A stretch of DNA of 49,419 bases from a virus, in the IMG/VR virus record IMGVR_UViG_3300011443_000005; one strand, given 5' to 3'. The position numbers and the translations under genes are program-made. This document shows, piece by piece, positions 33,301-42,103 of the stretch (positions are counted from its first letter, which is position 1; each line of letters starts with the position of its first letter). The notes beneath the pieces were generated by a model. That model did no database searches, was not told where the DNA came from, and saw nothing but the letters and a program-made list of their open reading frames with translations.

Positions 33301-34100
33301 GTCTACCTGTTGTGGGCGACTATCCAGTAGCAGGTAAAGACTATACTTTGGCACTGCCTAAAGGGTATCTCTCGGTAAGCCAGATTGAGAAGTACCTGAA
33401 CTGTCCAGAAGCATATCGACGAGCGTATGTCGTGGGAGAAAAACAGGAAACAAATAGCAATCTTTGGTATGGCTCAATGACCGCTTTAGCTTTAGCCCAC
33501 CTACATAGGGGCAAATACACACCTGTTAAGATTGCAAAGGAAATCAAAGCCCACAAGAAAGAATGTGACAATTGGGAGTCCAGACATAGTGTGGAGGGTT
33601 GTATTGGTTTTGTTCTGGACTGCATGGAGGCATATCAAAAAGACGGAGTAGCCAAACCGAGAAAGAACGGTAAGCAAGATGGAGTTGAGGAAGAGTTTGT
33701 AATAGAAGTTGCTGGAGTAAAAGTCAAAGGCGTCATTGACTTGGTAGAGAAGCAGAGAGTAACAGATTTCAAGACTACAGGCAATGCTTCTGGTTATCTA
33801 CCTGAGTCCAGCATACAACTAGCCATATACGCCCTAGCTACTGGGGTTTCCAATGTCGGATTCAAAAGTTTTGTGCGGAACTACAGCGGAGAGTATACAA
33901 AGATGGTAAAAGACTACACCATGCTAGATTTGAAAAAGGTACGAGTTTGGTTGGAAAGAACCGTGGCAGAAGTAGCAAGAGGAATCTCCTTGGGTGTCTT
34001 CCCCCTCACCAACCCAATGCGAAACAAGTTATGTTGCGACACCTATTGCAGCTTTCATCCAACGTGTGCAGTTAACTGGAAAAGGAAAATCAAATGCTAG
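33270..34100 (+). CDS. Cas4/RecB-family PD-(D/E)XK exonuclease with Fe-S cysteines
   Basis: GVIDLVEK...VTDFKTTG (D..E.K / DxK core), QLAIY (QxxxY), one N-terminal Cys (YLNCPEAY) plus C-terminal CCDTYCSFHPTC. Confidence 0.75.
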   Translation: MPKTSTRKPISLPVVGDYPVAGKDYTLALPKGYLSVSQIEKYLNCPEAYRRAYVVGEKQETNSNLWYGSMTALALAHLHRGKYTPVKIAKEIKAHKKECDNWESRHSVEGCIGFVLDCMEAYQKDGVAKPRKNGKQDGVEEEFVIEVAGVKVKGVIDLVEKQRVTDFKTTGNASGYLPESSIQLAIYALATGVSNVGFKSFVRNYSGEYTKMVKDYTMLDLKKVRVWLERTVAEVARGISLGVFPLTNPMRNKLCCDTYCSFHPTCAVNWKRKIKC

Positions 34101-34387
34101 AAATGTTAATAGCGGAACATAGTATCGCTTGGTATCTCACGCAACCAGACGGTGCAAGAGTGGTGATTCTAGAATTACCGACAAGACCAAAAAATCGTAC
34201 TGATGTTTCCGCCAAACTACCCCAACAGTTTTTTGATGACATCCACAGAGCAATGACAAGGACGTTAGGCTATGCTGAAGAACTCAAAGCAATCAAAGAC
34301 GCTATCGCAGACTGCGAAGACACAACTTCCATCGACCTTGGAAAAGGCTACACTTGTACCTGCAAGTGTCATAAACCTATCGGGTAA
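34094..34387 (+). CDS. Hypothetical protein (97 aa)
   Basis: 7-nt overlap with the nuclease stop. C-terminal CTCKCH. Confidence 0.5.
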   Translation: MLEMLIAEHSIAWYLTQPDGARVVILELPTRPKNRTDVSAKLPQQFFDDIHRAMTRTLGYAEELKAIKDAIADCEDTTSIDLGKGYTCTCKCHKPIG

Positions 34388-36512
34388 ACCCACAATCCTT
34401 TGCTTCGGTGAGACTCCAGGAATAGAGGATGTCCAGGAGGGACAAGCATTCGCTGGACGAGCAGGGAAGCTGCTTCGGAAACTCATCACCCTGCACCTGC
34501 CCCATTGCCGTGTTGTCCTCGACAACGTGTGTCCCGAAGTCCTGGCCGGGGGACATGGCAAACCCAACGCGGATATTCTCAAGAAGTACAAAGCCTACAG
34601 AGAAGAATCCGTAACCACTTGGCAACCCTCTGTGATTGTCCTGGTTGGGGCTTACGCGATGAACACAGCGGGTCTGCGGGGTACTGCTGGAATTGTTCGC
34701 CGAAATGCAACCACCGTACTTTACCACGGCAGACCGGCGGTGCTTTCTGTTCATCCAGCCTATGTGCTCCGCAATCCAGCGGAAATCAAACTACTTCGTA
34801 GAGTTTTTGAAATCGTGGAGGCGGAATTAAGAGGCGGAAAGGAAGTCCAAGCTCCCCGATCACGCAATGGGCTGACCTTGAATATTTCAGCAAGTTTAGA
34901 CCTGGAAACAGAAGGACTGAACCCAAGGGGGGGACGAATACTTACTGCTGCAATGAGTAGTAAGAAGCAAACAACTTGGATAGCTGCACCAACACTAGAT
35001 ACTATACAACTTTCTCCTAAACCCGTTATCTTCCACAACGGCAAGTTTGATATGGCTTGGTTGCAGACACACGGTTTTCAATTGCCCGCAAGTGTGGAAG
35101 ATACCCTTATCATAGCTTGGCTAATTGACGAGAATGATAAGAAAGACCTAGGTACACTTGCACAACGATACTTAGGTGTTCCCGCGTGGTGGCTGGACAT
35201 CGATCTGAAACACACAACTGAATTACCTACAGAAGTATTAGGTAAGTATAATGCTCTTGATGCACACTATACTTACCAACTGCGGAATAAACTTTGGCCG
35301 GAACTTACCAAACAACAACAACAGCTTTGTACTGACGTTCTCTTCCCCATGACAAAGCTTTTGGCAGAGATGGAATGCCGGGGGTTCAAAGTTGACGGCA
35401 CAGTATTTGAGAAAATTTGTACTAACAACCAGAAGTTAATAAAGCAGCAGGAAAAGAAACTCCGATCCAAGTACGGAGAAGAAATTAACTTTCGTTCAAC
35501 TACCGATTTGAAAGAGTTGGTCTATGGCAAACTCGATTATAAAGTGGGTGGACTAACCAAGGCCAAACAACCCGCTGTTGACGCTGACACATTGAGAAAG
35601 ATTTCTCCCAAACTCGCGGACTTGGCCGATTACCGTTGGCAATTGTGGTTTGAGTCCAATGTAGCTAAAGGTTGGGCGAAGCGAATTACCTCTCAAGGTT
35701 TTTTGCACACGAATTACAACTTTGGTCATGTTGTTACGGGTCGGTTAAGTTCGTCCAATCCGAACATGCAAAATGTGGATCGGGATGGGGTTCAACGTCT
35801 TTGCCTTGTTTCTCGGTTTCCTCGTGGGAAGATTATTCAATACGATTACAAAGCCCACGAGTACCGGATTAAGGCTGCCGAAGCAGGAGAGACAAAGCTT
35901 CTTAAACAACTATCCGATTCGTCCTTTGACCCACACGAGGAAACACGAACGTTGCTCCGTACCAAGTATGAGATTGTTGTAGATAGGCCGAGAGCAAAAA
36001 ATGTGAACTTCTCCGTAATCTACGGAATTAGCCCTCACGGTTTGTTCGGAAAGTATGAAATACCAATTAAAGATGGGCAGTTAATTATACCTGCTTGGTA
36101 TAAACTCTACCCAAGAATCAAGGCACACAATGATTTAATTCTGAAAAACTATGAAGAGAAACGAGAGGTTGAGTCGATATTTGGTTGGAAGAGAAGATTC
36201 AAACCTGTTGAGTTGGTAGATTTGGGAAGTCGCAAGTTTGATGCACACCAGCGGAATCAAGCATTGAACTTTGGAACACAGAACGCAGCAGTAGTGATCT
36301 GCTACATGGGAATGTTAGCACTTGATCGCTGGCTGACAAGACACCGAATGAAGAGTATCATTATCCACCAGATACACGACTCTGTTGTGGTAGACGCACA
36401 CCCGAAAGAAGTAAAGGCCCTGGAAAGAGAAGTTCCAGAAGTGTTGACAAATCTGAAACTACCAATGAGGATTCCTTTAGCTGTGGAGGCTAAAGTCGGG
36501 GACACCCTGTAG
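34272..36512 (+). CDS. polA: Family-A DNA polymerase with 3'-5' exonuclease and an N-terminal UDG-like (family 4/5-type) domain
   Basis: UDG motifs GETPGIED..G.AFAGRAGKLL and SVHPAYVLR. Exo motifs LDLETEGL, HNGKFD, YNALDAHY. Pol motifs DYKAHEYR, RAKNVNFSVIYG, IHQIHDSVVVD. The true start may be downstream of 34272 (116-nt overlap with the previous ORF). Confidence 0.9.
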   Translation: MLKNSKQSKTLSQTAKTQLPSTLEKATLVPASVINLSGKPTILCFGETPGIEDVQEGQAFAGRAGKLLRKLITLHLPHCRVVLDNVCPEVLAGGHGKPNADILKKYKAYREESVTTWQPSVIVLVGAYAMNTAGLRGTAGIVRRNATTVLYHGRPAVLSVHPAYVLRNPAEIKLLRRVFEIVEAELRGGKEVQAPRSRNGLTLNISASLDLETEGLNPRGGRILTAAMSSKKQTTWIAAPTLDTIQLSPKPVIFHNGKFDMAWLQTHGFQLPASVEDTLIIAWLIDENDKKDLGTLAQRYLGVPAWWLDIDLKHTTELPTEVLGKYNALDAHYTYQLRNKLWPELTKQQQQLCTDVLFPMTKLLAEMECRGFKVDGTVFEKICTNNQKLIKQQEKKLRSKYGEEINFRSTTDLKELVYGKLDYKVGGLTKAKQPAVDADTLRKISPKLADLADYRWQLWFESNVAKGWAKRITSQGFLHTNYNFGHVVTGRLSSSNPNMQNVDRDGVQRLCLVSRFPRGKIIQYDYKAHEYRIKAAEAGETKLLKQLSDSSFDPHEETRTLLRTKYEIVVDRPRAKNVNFSVIYGISPHGLFGKYEIPIKDGQLIIPAWYKLYPRIKAHNDLILKNYEEKREVESIFGWKRRFKPVELVDLGSRKFDAHQRNQALNFGTQNAAVVICYMGMLALDRWLTRHRMKSIIIHQIHDSVVVDAHPKEVKALEREVPEVLTNLKLPMRIPLAVEAKVGDTL

Positions 36513-36634
36513 GAGAAAATGATGAACGCGATACTGTTTTATGAGTTGGCGAGGCACTTGGCAAAGGTTTCACACGATTTTATCAACGCCGTGTTGGAGG
36601 AGTAGCAGTCTAGATAGAGTTTGTCTGAACTAGA

Positions 36635-36644
36635 AGGAGTAACA
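36635..36644 (+). promoter_or_regulatory. Start-associated motif AGGAGTAACA (copy 7)
   Basis: 3 nt (gca) before ATG 36648. Confidence 0.6.
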
Positions 36645-36647
36645 GCA

Positions 36648-36899
36648 ATGGAAAGTGTACGAGTCGAATTGTCAATCAAACCGGTTGGAGGATTCCTGGG
36701 GGTAACCCTTTCCGCAGCGGTGGAGACTACCCTTGGGGCGAAGGAGACACACGCCCAAGCCTTGAAACGTGCAGAGAAAACCGCTCTTGACTATCTCGAA
36801 AAGACAAAGAGCATGGACAACTTACAAGACTTGACGATAAAAGCTGCCCATAGCTTGAAGCGTGTGGCTGAAGAAGAGGGCTTAGTCCGTGGTCGATAG
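36648..36899 (+). CDS. Hypothetical protein (83 aa from ATG 36648)
   Basis: Motif-linked ATG. The track ORF starts at TTG 36621. Confidence 0.55.
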   Translation: MESVRVELSIKPVGGFLGVTLSAAVETTLGAKETHAQALKRAEKTALDYLEKTKSMDNLQDLTIKAAHSLKRVAEEEGLVRGR

Positions 36900-36922
36900 T
36901 CGATAACAGAAAGGTAAAACAA

Positions 36923-37264
36923 ATGCGTTGTTCCAAAATTCAATGCTTATCGTGTAAAAAAGAGATGGGTTTTGGTGGTGATCCTGTATTGTGTGAAACG
37001 TGTATAGCTATTCGACGACTTCACCCCGAAGAACAAGTGAACACAATGGGTACAAGTCCAGAGCCAGAAGCACAAAAGGCATATTCTGGTAAGTTAGAAG
37101 TACCTATGACAACTGCGGAGTGTAGGCTACGACGATTAAAAGAACACTGTATTGCTGAGATAGATACTCTCTTGCCGTCACAGGCATACGAGGAAAGAGA
37201 TGCGGCATTCTCGACTGTGCGTTCGATGATTTTGTTTATCAAGGCAGGTATAACCCGTAACTAA
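36923..37264 (+). CDS. Zinc-ribbon protein (113 aa)
   Basis: CLSC...CETC at the N-terminus. Confidence 0.55.
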   Translation: MRCSKIQCLSCKKEMGFGGDPVLCETCIAIRRLHPEEQVNTMGTSPEPEAQKAYSGKLEVPMTTAECRLRRLKEHCIAEIDTLLPSQAYEERDAAFSTVRSMILFIKAGITRN

Positions 37265-37275
37265 GGAGTCAGGCA

Positions 37276-37992
37276 ATGGCAAAGAAACCCAAAAACACCA
37301 GACCGGATAGTGATGACATTGATCGAGAGTATGAATTAGTACGCAATGAAATTGCAGAGGGGAGAGGCAGAGGGGGGCAATTCTATACACTCCAAAACGG
37401 AAAGAATGTCCTGAGAATCTTTAAGGACACGCATACAGGAAAAGTGTTCCATCTACAAAAGTCCCATTGGGTGGCGTGGAAAGGGAAAGAGCAGGGAGTT
37501 ACCTGTCCCGGACGGTCTGATTGTCCTATCTGTGCATTGTATGACGTTCTGGGAGACGATGAGAAAAAAAGAGCAATTCCCCGTAAACAATTTCTTGTTA
37601 ACGCACTGCTTGTTAACGACGACAACAAACATGTTTTGGTTAACCTGTCAAAAACGTTAGCAGAAGAGATTGACGAGAACATTCTTTCAACAGTTAAGGG
37701 TGTGTTTGACGCAAAGGTTGGTCGTAATTTGACGATCAGTAAAACGGGAAAAGGTTTCCAAACAAAGTATTCAGTATCCGTGAGTTCAAAACCAACCAAA
37801 GTAGAGCTACCGGAGAGTTATGATTTGGCGGCGTTTACTCGACCTGCGCCCCCGATCGAAGAGTTGCAAAAGATAGCAGACGAGATTGCTGACCGACATG
37901 GTGTAGATACAGAAAAACCCAAAGCAAAAAAGGCGGGGAAGAAGAAGACAAAGCGACACAGTGAGGAAGAGGAAGATGAGGATAATAACTGA
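37276..37992 (+). CDS. T4 gp32-like single-stranded DNA-binding protein
   Basis: H...C-x6-C-x2-C zinc site (HWVAWKGKEQGVTCPGRSDCPIC), an FLVNALLVNDD strand, and a Lys-rich then acidic tail (EEEEDEDNN). Sits between the polymerase and the helicase. Confidence 0.6.
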   Translation: MAKKPKNTRPDSDDIDREYELVRNEIAEGRGRGGQFYTLQNGKNVLRIFKDTHTGKVFHLQKSHWVAWKGKEQGVTCPGRSDCPICALYDVLGDDEKKRAIPRKQFLVNALLVNDDNKHVLVNLSKTLAEEIDENILSTVKGVFDAKVGRNLTISKTGKGFQTKYSVSVSSKPTKVELPESYDLAAFTRPAPPIEELQKIADEIADRHGVDTEKPKAKKAGKKKTKRHSEEEEDEDNN

Positions 37993-38046
37993 AGAGTCTT
38001 ACCGGCTGAGTGTCCGTTTTGAATTCTCTAGAAAGGATAACAAAGT

Positions 38047-39228
38047 TTGAAATTCGACGAGCACTATCAGATGGAGCTACTTGCTCGTTTGGCTGACCCC
38101 GCGTTCAAGGATGGACCGGGGAAGCTATTGCGTACTGAGTTTTTTGCAGTAGATAAACAAGATGCGGTAAAGGATTTGTTACATTGCAAAGAAGTACTCT
38201 CCAAAGGAAGAATCAAAAGTGTTCTGCGTAGACACGGTATCAAAGCTAATCTACCTGAGATAACCAAACAGAAAGACTACAAGTTTGATACCACGGAAAT
38301 CAAACGATACGCTAAACACCACGTATTAACAGAGATACTAACTGAAGCACATGTACTTAGAGAGAGGGGAGAATATGAAAAAGCTTTTGGTTTACTGGTA
38401 GACGGAAGAAAAAGACTTTCCCTGCCCGATGAAACGCTTACAACGTTGAGTATCTTGGACACTCCGGCCAACCAGGTTAGTCGAGGAAAACGTTGGACAA
38501 CTGGACTGTCCGCTCTTGACACACCCCTTGATGGGGGAGTTGCTGCTGGGAACTTAGCCGTGGTCATGGCTCCTACATCGGGGGGGAAATCCTCCTGGCT
38601 TATCCATATCGCTGCTCAGACCCTCCAGAAGGGGGGTAGGCTCGCGTATGTGACGTTGGAATTGTCCGCTGGGGACATTTATCTCAAGGCGATGAAGCGT
38701 CTTCAGAAAGCTTACAAACGCGAAATAGGAGGCATTCAGCGGAGCTTGAAAAAGTCCGGTGCTGATTGCCGCATCTACGAATACCCGGCCTACTCGGTAT
38801 CCGTGAACGAGTTGGCTGATCGCATCGGGAAAGTCGATATGGTTCTGGTGGACTATGCCGATTATCTCTTGGGGCAGGATGGTAAGCCGGGATCGGACTA
38901 CCAAGAGTTGGGCAAAATATATGTTGGTTTGAAGACCCTGGCGATGGAAAAGCATATACCTGTTTGGACAGCATCACAGGTAAATAGAAGTGGGTATGGT
39001 GATGACGGATATGGTTTGGAGTCGATCGAGGGAGCTTTGAAAAAAGCTATGGTTGCTAACCAGATACTGGGTATCCAGCAAGCTAGTGCTGGAGGAGATG
39101 GTGTTTGCAACGCAACAATTAAGATACTGAAAAACACTTTCGGTCCTCGATTCGTGGATGTCAAAACAACCATAGAGTTTTCTACCTGTACCTTTATGGA
39201 AGGTAGCTGGACGGAGCTAGAAGGGTGA
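38047..39228 (+). CDS. DnaB-family replicative helicase
   Basis: Walker A MAPTSGGKSS, Walker B MVLVDYADYL, DnaB-type SQVNRSG motif. TTG start with AAAGGA SD. Confidence 0.75.
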   Translation: MKFDEHYQMELLARLADPAFKDGPGKLLRTEFFAVDKQDAVKDLLHCKEVLSKGRIKSVLRRHGIKANLPEITKQKDYKFDTTEIKRYAKHHVLTEILTEAHVLRERGEYEKAFGLLVDGRKRLSLPDETLTTLSILDTPANQVSRGKRWTTGLSALDTPLDGGVAAGNLAVVMAPTSGGKSSWLIHIAAQTLQKGGRLAYVTLELSAGDIYLKAMKRLQKAYKREIGGIQRSLKKSGADCRIYEYPAYSVSVNELADRIGKVDMVLVDYADYLLGQDGKPGSDYQELGKIYVGLKTLAMEKHIPVWTASQVNRSGYGDDGYGLESIEGALKKAMVANQILGIQQASAGGDGVCNATIKILKNTFGPRFVDVKTTIEFSTCTFMEGSWTELEG

Positions 39229-39464
39229 AACCATATCAACACTCCTGTACGCAGGAGCACATAAAGCCAAGCCTAGCAACACTCGAAGAACGAGCGAGAT
39301 GTTGTACCATTGTTAAGGAAAGACTGGAGTGGTATCAGTTTGAAAACTTTGTGGAAAAGAACCGTCCGATCATTGTGGAACTTATTGAAATACTTCTACG
39401 GATAGACCCCAACGAGTACGCAAAGAACATTCAACGGCAGGAAAGTAGACCCAGCCAACCATAA
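39225..39464 (+). CDS. Hypothetical protein (79 aa)
   Basis: GTGA start/stop overlap with the helicase. Confidence 0.5.
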   Translation: MKPYQHSCTQEHIKPSLATLEERARCCTIVKERLEWYQFENFVEKNRPIIVELIEILLRIDPNEYAKNIQRQESRPSQP

Positions 39465-39477
39465 GGAAAAGCTACAA

Positions 39478-39714
39478 ATGCCAGAACCGATTTGTGTAAA
39501 CGTTTGTAAACGACCAGATGGTGGGTACCTAAAAGCAGTACCGATGTCTACAAATCAGAAAATGGAGATCATCATATCTGTTATTTTTGAAGAGTGTGAA
39601 TTACAAATGGTGAATAGTCTTCCAACCCCAGAGAAGATAGAGACAGCACTTTGGGAATTCCTCTCTACTTTGTTCGGGATGCCGGAAAGCGTTGCACTAC
39701 CAAAAGAACTATGA
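39478..39714 (+). CDS. Hypothetical protein (78 aa)
   Basis: ORF ending in an ATGA overlap with the primase start. Confidence 0.5.
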   Translation: MPEPICVNVCKRPDGGYLKAVPMSTNQKMEIIISVIFEECELQMVNSLPTPEKIETALWEFLSTLFGMPESVALPKEL

Positions 39715-40463
39715 AATACAAGAGTGACGGTGTTAGCTACATGCTGGATTGTCCTAGCTGTAAAGGCAAGGACAAGATGGAGGTACATCCAGATGGCAGG
39801 TACCATTGTCACAAATGTAAACGCGGAGGGAAAAAGAATACCAAGCTTGGATTGAGAGAGCAACAATTTACCCTCCGGTCTGTAAAGTTTCGACGAATTC
39901 CAGAAACACACGGACAATGGAAAAAGCTTGCTGCCGAAAGAGTTTCGGAGTTAGGAAGAGCGGAATACGAAAAACTCAACCCTATGAAGTGTGACCAGTT
40001 AGACTGTGTTTGGCACGTATTCTTTCCCTTCTATGAGGGGGGAACAATAATACAAGCTCAGGGGTATTTACCTGGGGGGTTGAAGAATTACAGGTATTGG
40101 AACCCCCCGCTTAATTGGTTTGTTCGCAGAAAGTCCGAATGTCTCTGGGGTACTCACTTGCTAAGCTACCCGATAAAGAGACTGGTGCTGGTGGAGGGTA
40201 TCTTTGACGCTTTGTGGGGAGATAACAGACTGGCCCTAATGGGTAGTTCCATCAGCAGATCACAGGTAGAATTGATTCGAGAACTACGACCAGAAAAAGT
40301 AGTAGTTATGCTGGACGGAGACGCTAGACTCAAAGCAGTCCAGATAGCAATGGTGCTGGATTTCACAAAGGTGGATGTGGCTTTCCTGCCGTGGGAGAAA
40401 GACCCAGACAATCTGAAAGGTGAGGGGGAAAAGTATATCGAAACTGCGGAGAGGTTCCGATGA
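39711..40463 (+). CDS. DNA primase (zinc-binding domain plus TOPRIM), 250 aa from ATG 39711
   Basis: CPSC-x17-CHKC zinc finger. TOPRIM LVEGIFDALW and MLDGDARLKA. The ATG is chosen because of the ATGA overlap; the track ORF starts at 39651. Confidence 0.75.
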   Translation: MKYKSDGVSYMLDCPSCKGKDKMEVHPDGRYHCHKCKRGGKKNTKLGLREQQFTLRSVKFRRIPETHGQWKKLAAERVSELGRAEYEKLNPMKCDQLDCVWHVFFPFYEGGTIIQAQGYLPGGLKNYRYWNPPLNWFVRRKSECLWGTHLLSYPIKRLVLVEGIFDALWGDNRLALMGSSISRSQVELIRELRPEKVVVMLDGDARLKAVQIAMVLDFTKVDVAFLPWEKDPDNLKGEGEKYIETAERFR

Positions 40464-40750
40464 GTATGGTCCTCAAAATTTTTAAGGCTATGCTCGGAGA
40501 GAAATTAAGGATCATCCGCAAAAGTCGTGGACTTAGTTTACGAGACTTGTCAAGAAGAACAGGAATAGACGAACCCCACTTAGCGAAGATAGAAGGTGGG
40601 AAAGTTGACATTCGAATGAGCACTTTTGTAAAGATCATGCACAAGCTTGGGGGGATACACGGACCCACTTGGAGCTATCTTATGGTAGATGCGGAGAAAA
40701 CCTTGGCGAACACTTTACTGCGAGGGGGAGAGCATGATAATCGGAATTGA
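40460..40750 (+). CDS. XRE-family helix-turn-helix transcriptional regulator (96 aa)
   Basis: LRIIRKSRGLSLRDLSRRTGIDEPHLAKIEGGK is a typical HTH_3 pattern. ATGA overlap with the primase. Confidence 0.7.
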   Translation: MSMVLKIFKAMLGEKLRIIRKSRGLSLRDLSRRTGIDEPHLAKIEGGKVDIRMSTFVKIMHKLGGIHGPTWSYLMVDAEKTLANTLLRGGEHDNRN

Positions 40751-41195
40751 CCCAGGGTCTTCTACCAGTGGGGTTGTCATGGTAACAGGCACATTACAAA
40801 AGCTGGATATTAAATTCGCCTGTTCAGATATGGACAATGGGGAACTTGTAGATAGTCTGAAATCAGAGAAGAACCTGTCAAACATTCTAGTTATCGAAGA
40901 CATATCAGGACGATCTCCTCCGGGAATGCAAATGCCGGGGAAGTATGTGGTAGGAACAGCAAAATGGATTGGGAGATTCCATCAGGCTTGGCCATATCCA
41001 GAAGAAGTAATTTTTATCCACAGGGCTAAAGTACGATGGAACATATTGAAAACCAACAAAGGGGGAGATGCAGCCATAACTAAGATTTTGGAAGAGCGGT
41101 ATGGCAAGAAGATAGCGGGGATTAAGAAACATGCGTTACAGGCATTGGCTTTGGTAATTACCCATTTGGAGTGTTGTCATGCTAAAGTGGAATAA
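40734..41195 (+). CDS. RuvC-like Holliday-junction resolvase (153 aa from ATG 40734)
   Basis: The N-terminal MIIGIDPGSSTSGVVMV is the RuvC first-acidic-residue motif. GAGGGGGAG SD precedes the ATG. Confidence 0.65.
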   Translation: MIIGIDPGSSTSGVVMVTGTLQKLDIKFACSDMDNGELVDSLKSEKNLSNILVIEDISGRSPPGMQMPGKYVVGTAKWIGRFHQAWPYPEEVIFIHRAKVRWNILKTNKGGDAAITKILEERYGKKIAGIKKHALQALALVITHLECCHAKVE

Positions 41196-41505
41196 AACAA
41201 TTGCGGAACTCAAGGCATTGTGTATAAGTCTTTGGCCTGGAGGAGACTGGAGTTGTCAGAGAGCAAAGGGAGCTATGAAACTCCACTACACTTACCACGT
41301 TCGAGAACGGAATAGCCCTTTATCTGTGGGGATTATCAATTTCTGGTCAAGCATAAGAACAGTACAGATCACTGGAAAACAATCTGACTCTATCCAATGT
41401 GCTTTTGAGAGGGCAATACAAGCTCCCCCCAAGCCTTTAGTTCGTGTGGGTACTAGGGGTGTAGGGGAAGACAAAGTAGAAGTTTATCAGGAGGTACCGG
41501 AATGA
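41179..41505 (+). CDS. Hypothetical protein (108 aa)
   Basis: 17-nt overlap with the resolvase gene. Confidence 0.5.
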   Translation: MLKWNKTIAELKALCISLWPGGDWSCQRAKGAMKLHYTYHVRERNSPLSVGIINFWSSIRTVQITGKQSDSIQCAFERAIQAPPKPLVRVGTRGVGEDKVEVYQEVPE

Positions 41506-41909
41506 AAGCAGAGATGAAAGATGTGACATTCTTTCTCTGTACTCTTTTTGCGGGTTTCTTCGGCGGGGTATTTAGTGGTTTAGTGTACCATCAAGCCTAC
41601 CCACCAAAATACCCGATAACTCAAGAGGATGTGTGGCTATTAGTACAGGCAAAAATAGCAGGCAATGCAGAAGCAATGACTATTTACCCTGGGCTAATCT
41701 CTATTCGTCATGCGGTACAGTGCCAGGGAGAGGTAACAGCAATAGATTGTGAGAAGTATGATCGGAACTTGGACAACTATATTTCCGAGGATGAGGTTGT
41801 TCAACGATTTAAAGACTCAATGCATCCAGCAGCAATACTGGGCTGGTTGAAATGGTGTGAAACAGACCCTAATGTAGCTCGACAGCTACGTAAGACGTAT
41901 GGTTCCTAA
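41502..41909 (+). CDS. Membrane-anchored protein (135 aa) with Gly-rich N-terminal helix
   Basis: FFLCTLFAGFFGGVFSGLVY resembles a signal-anchor or SAR-type helix. No catalytic motif recognised. ATGA overlap upstream. Confidence 0.5.
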   Translation: MKAEMKDVTFFLCTLFAGFFGGVFSGLVYHQAYPPKYPITQEDVWLLVQAKIAGNAEAMTIYPGLISIRHAVQCQGEVTAIDCEKYDRNLDNYISEDEVVQRFKDSMHPAAILGWLKWCETDPNVARQLRKTYGS

Positions 41910-41923
41910 CAAGGGAGAAGAGT

Positions 41924-42103
41924 ATGAAGAAGGCTGTGAAGAAAATTTTTGAATCCATCTGTGCATCGATAACTGAAATGCTGGAGGATTGCAAAACAGA
42001 AACAGAAAAGGTCGAAGTAGCTGACGCCCTTATCGACCACTGTAAAGAACAAGTGAGTGAAGAGGGAGGCACTGATGATGGTGAAGAAGGAGAGGATGAA
42101 TGA
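41924..42103 (+). CDS. Small acidic protein (59 aa), below the ORF-track cut-off
   Basis: AAGGGAGAAGAG SD before ATG 41924. Ends in an ATGA overlap with ATG 42100. Tail is EEGGTDDGEEGEDE. It replaces the antisense track ORF 41869..42072. Confidence 0.55.
   Translation: MKKAVKKIFESICASITEMLEDCKTETEKVEVADALIDHCKEQVSEEGGTDDGEEGEDE

Noticed and set aside
36447-36480. TTGACAAAT inside the 3' end of the polymerase gene as an internal promoter
   Set aside because: There is no acceptable -10 hexamer at 16-18 nt spacing, so it is probably a chance -35-like hexamer within coding sequence.
41869-42072. 67-aa minus-strand ORF in the plus arm
   Set aside because: It is antisense to the SD-preceded, ATGA-coupled 59-aa plus-strand ORF 41924..42103, which fits the operon structure.
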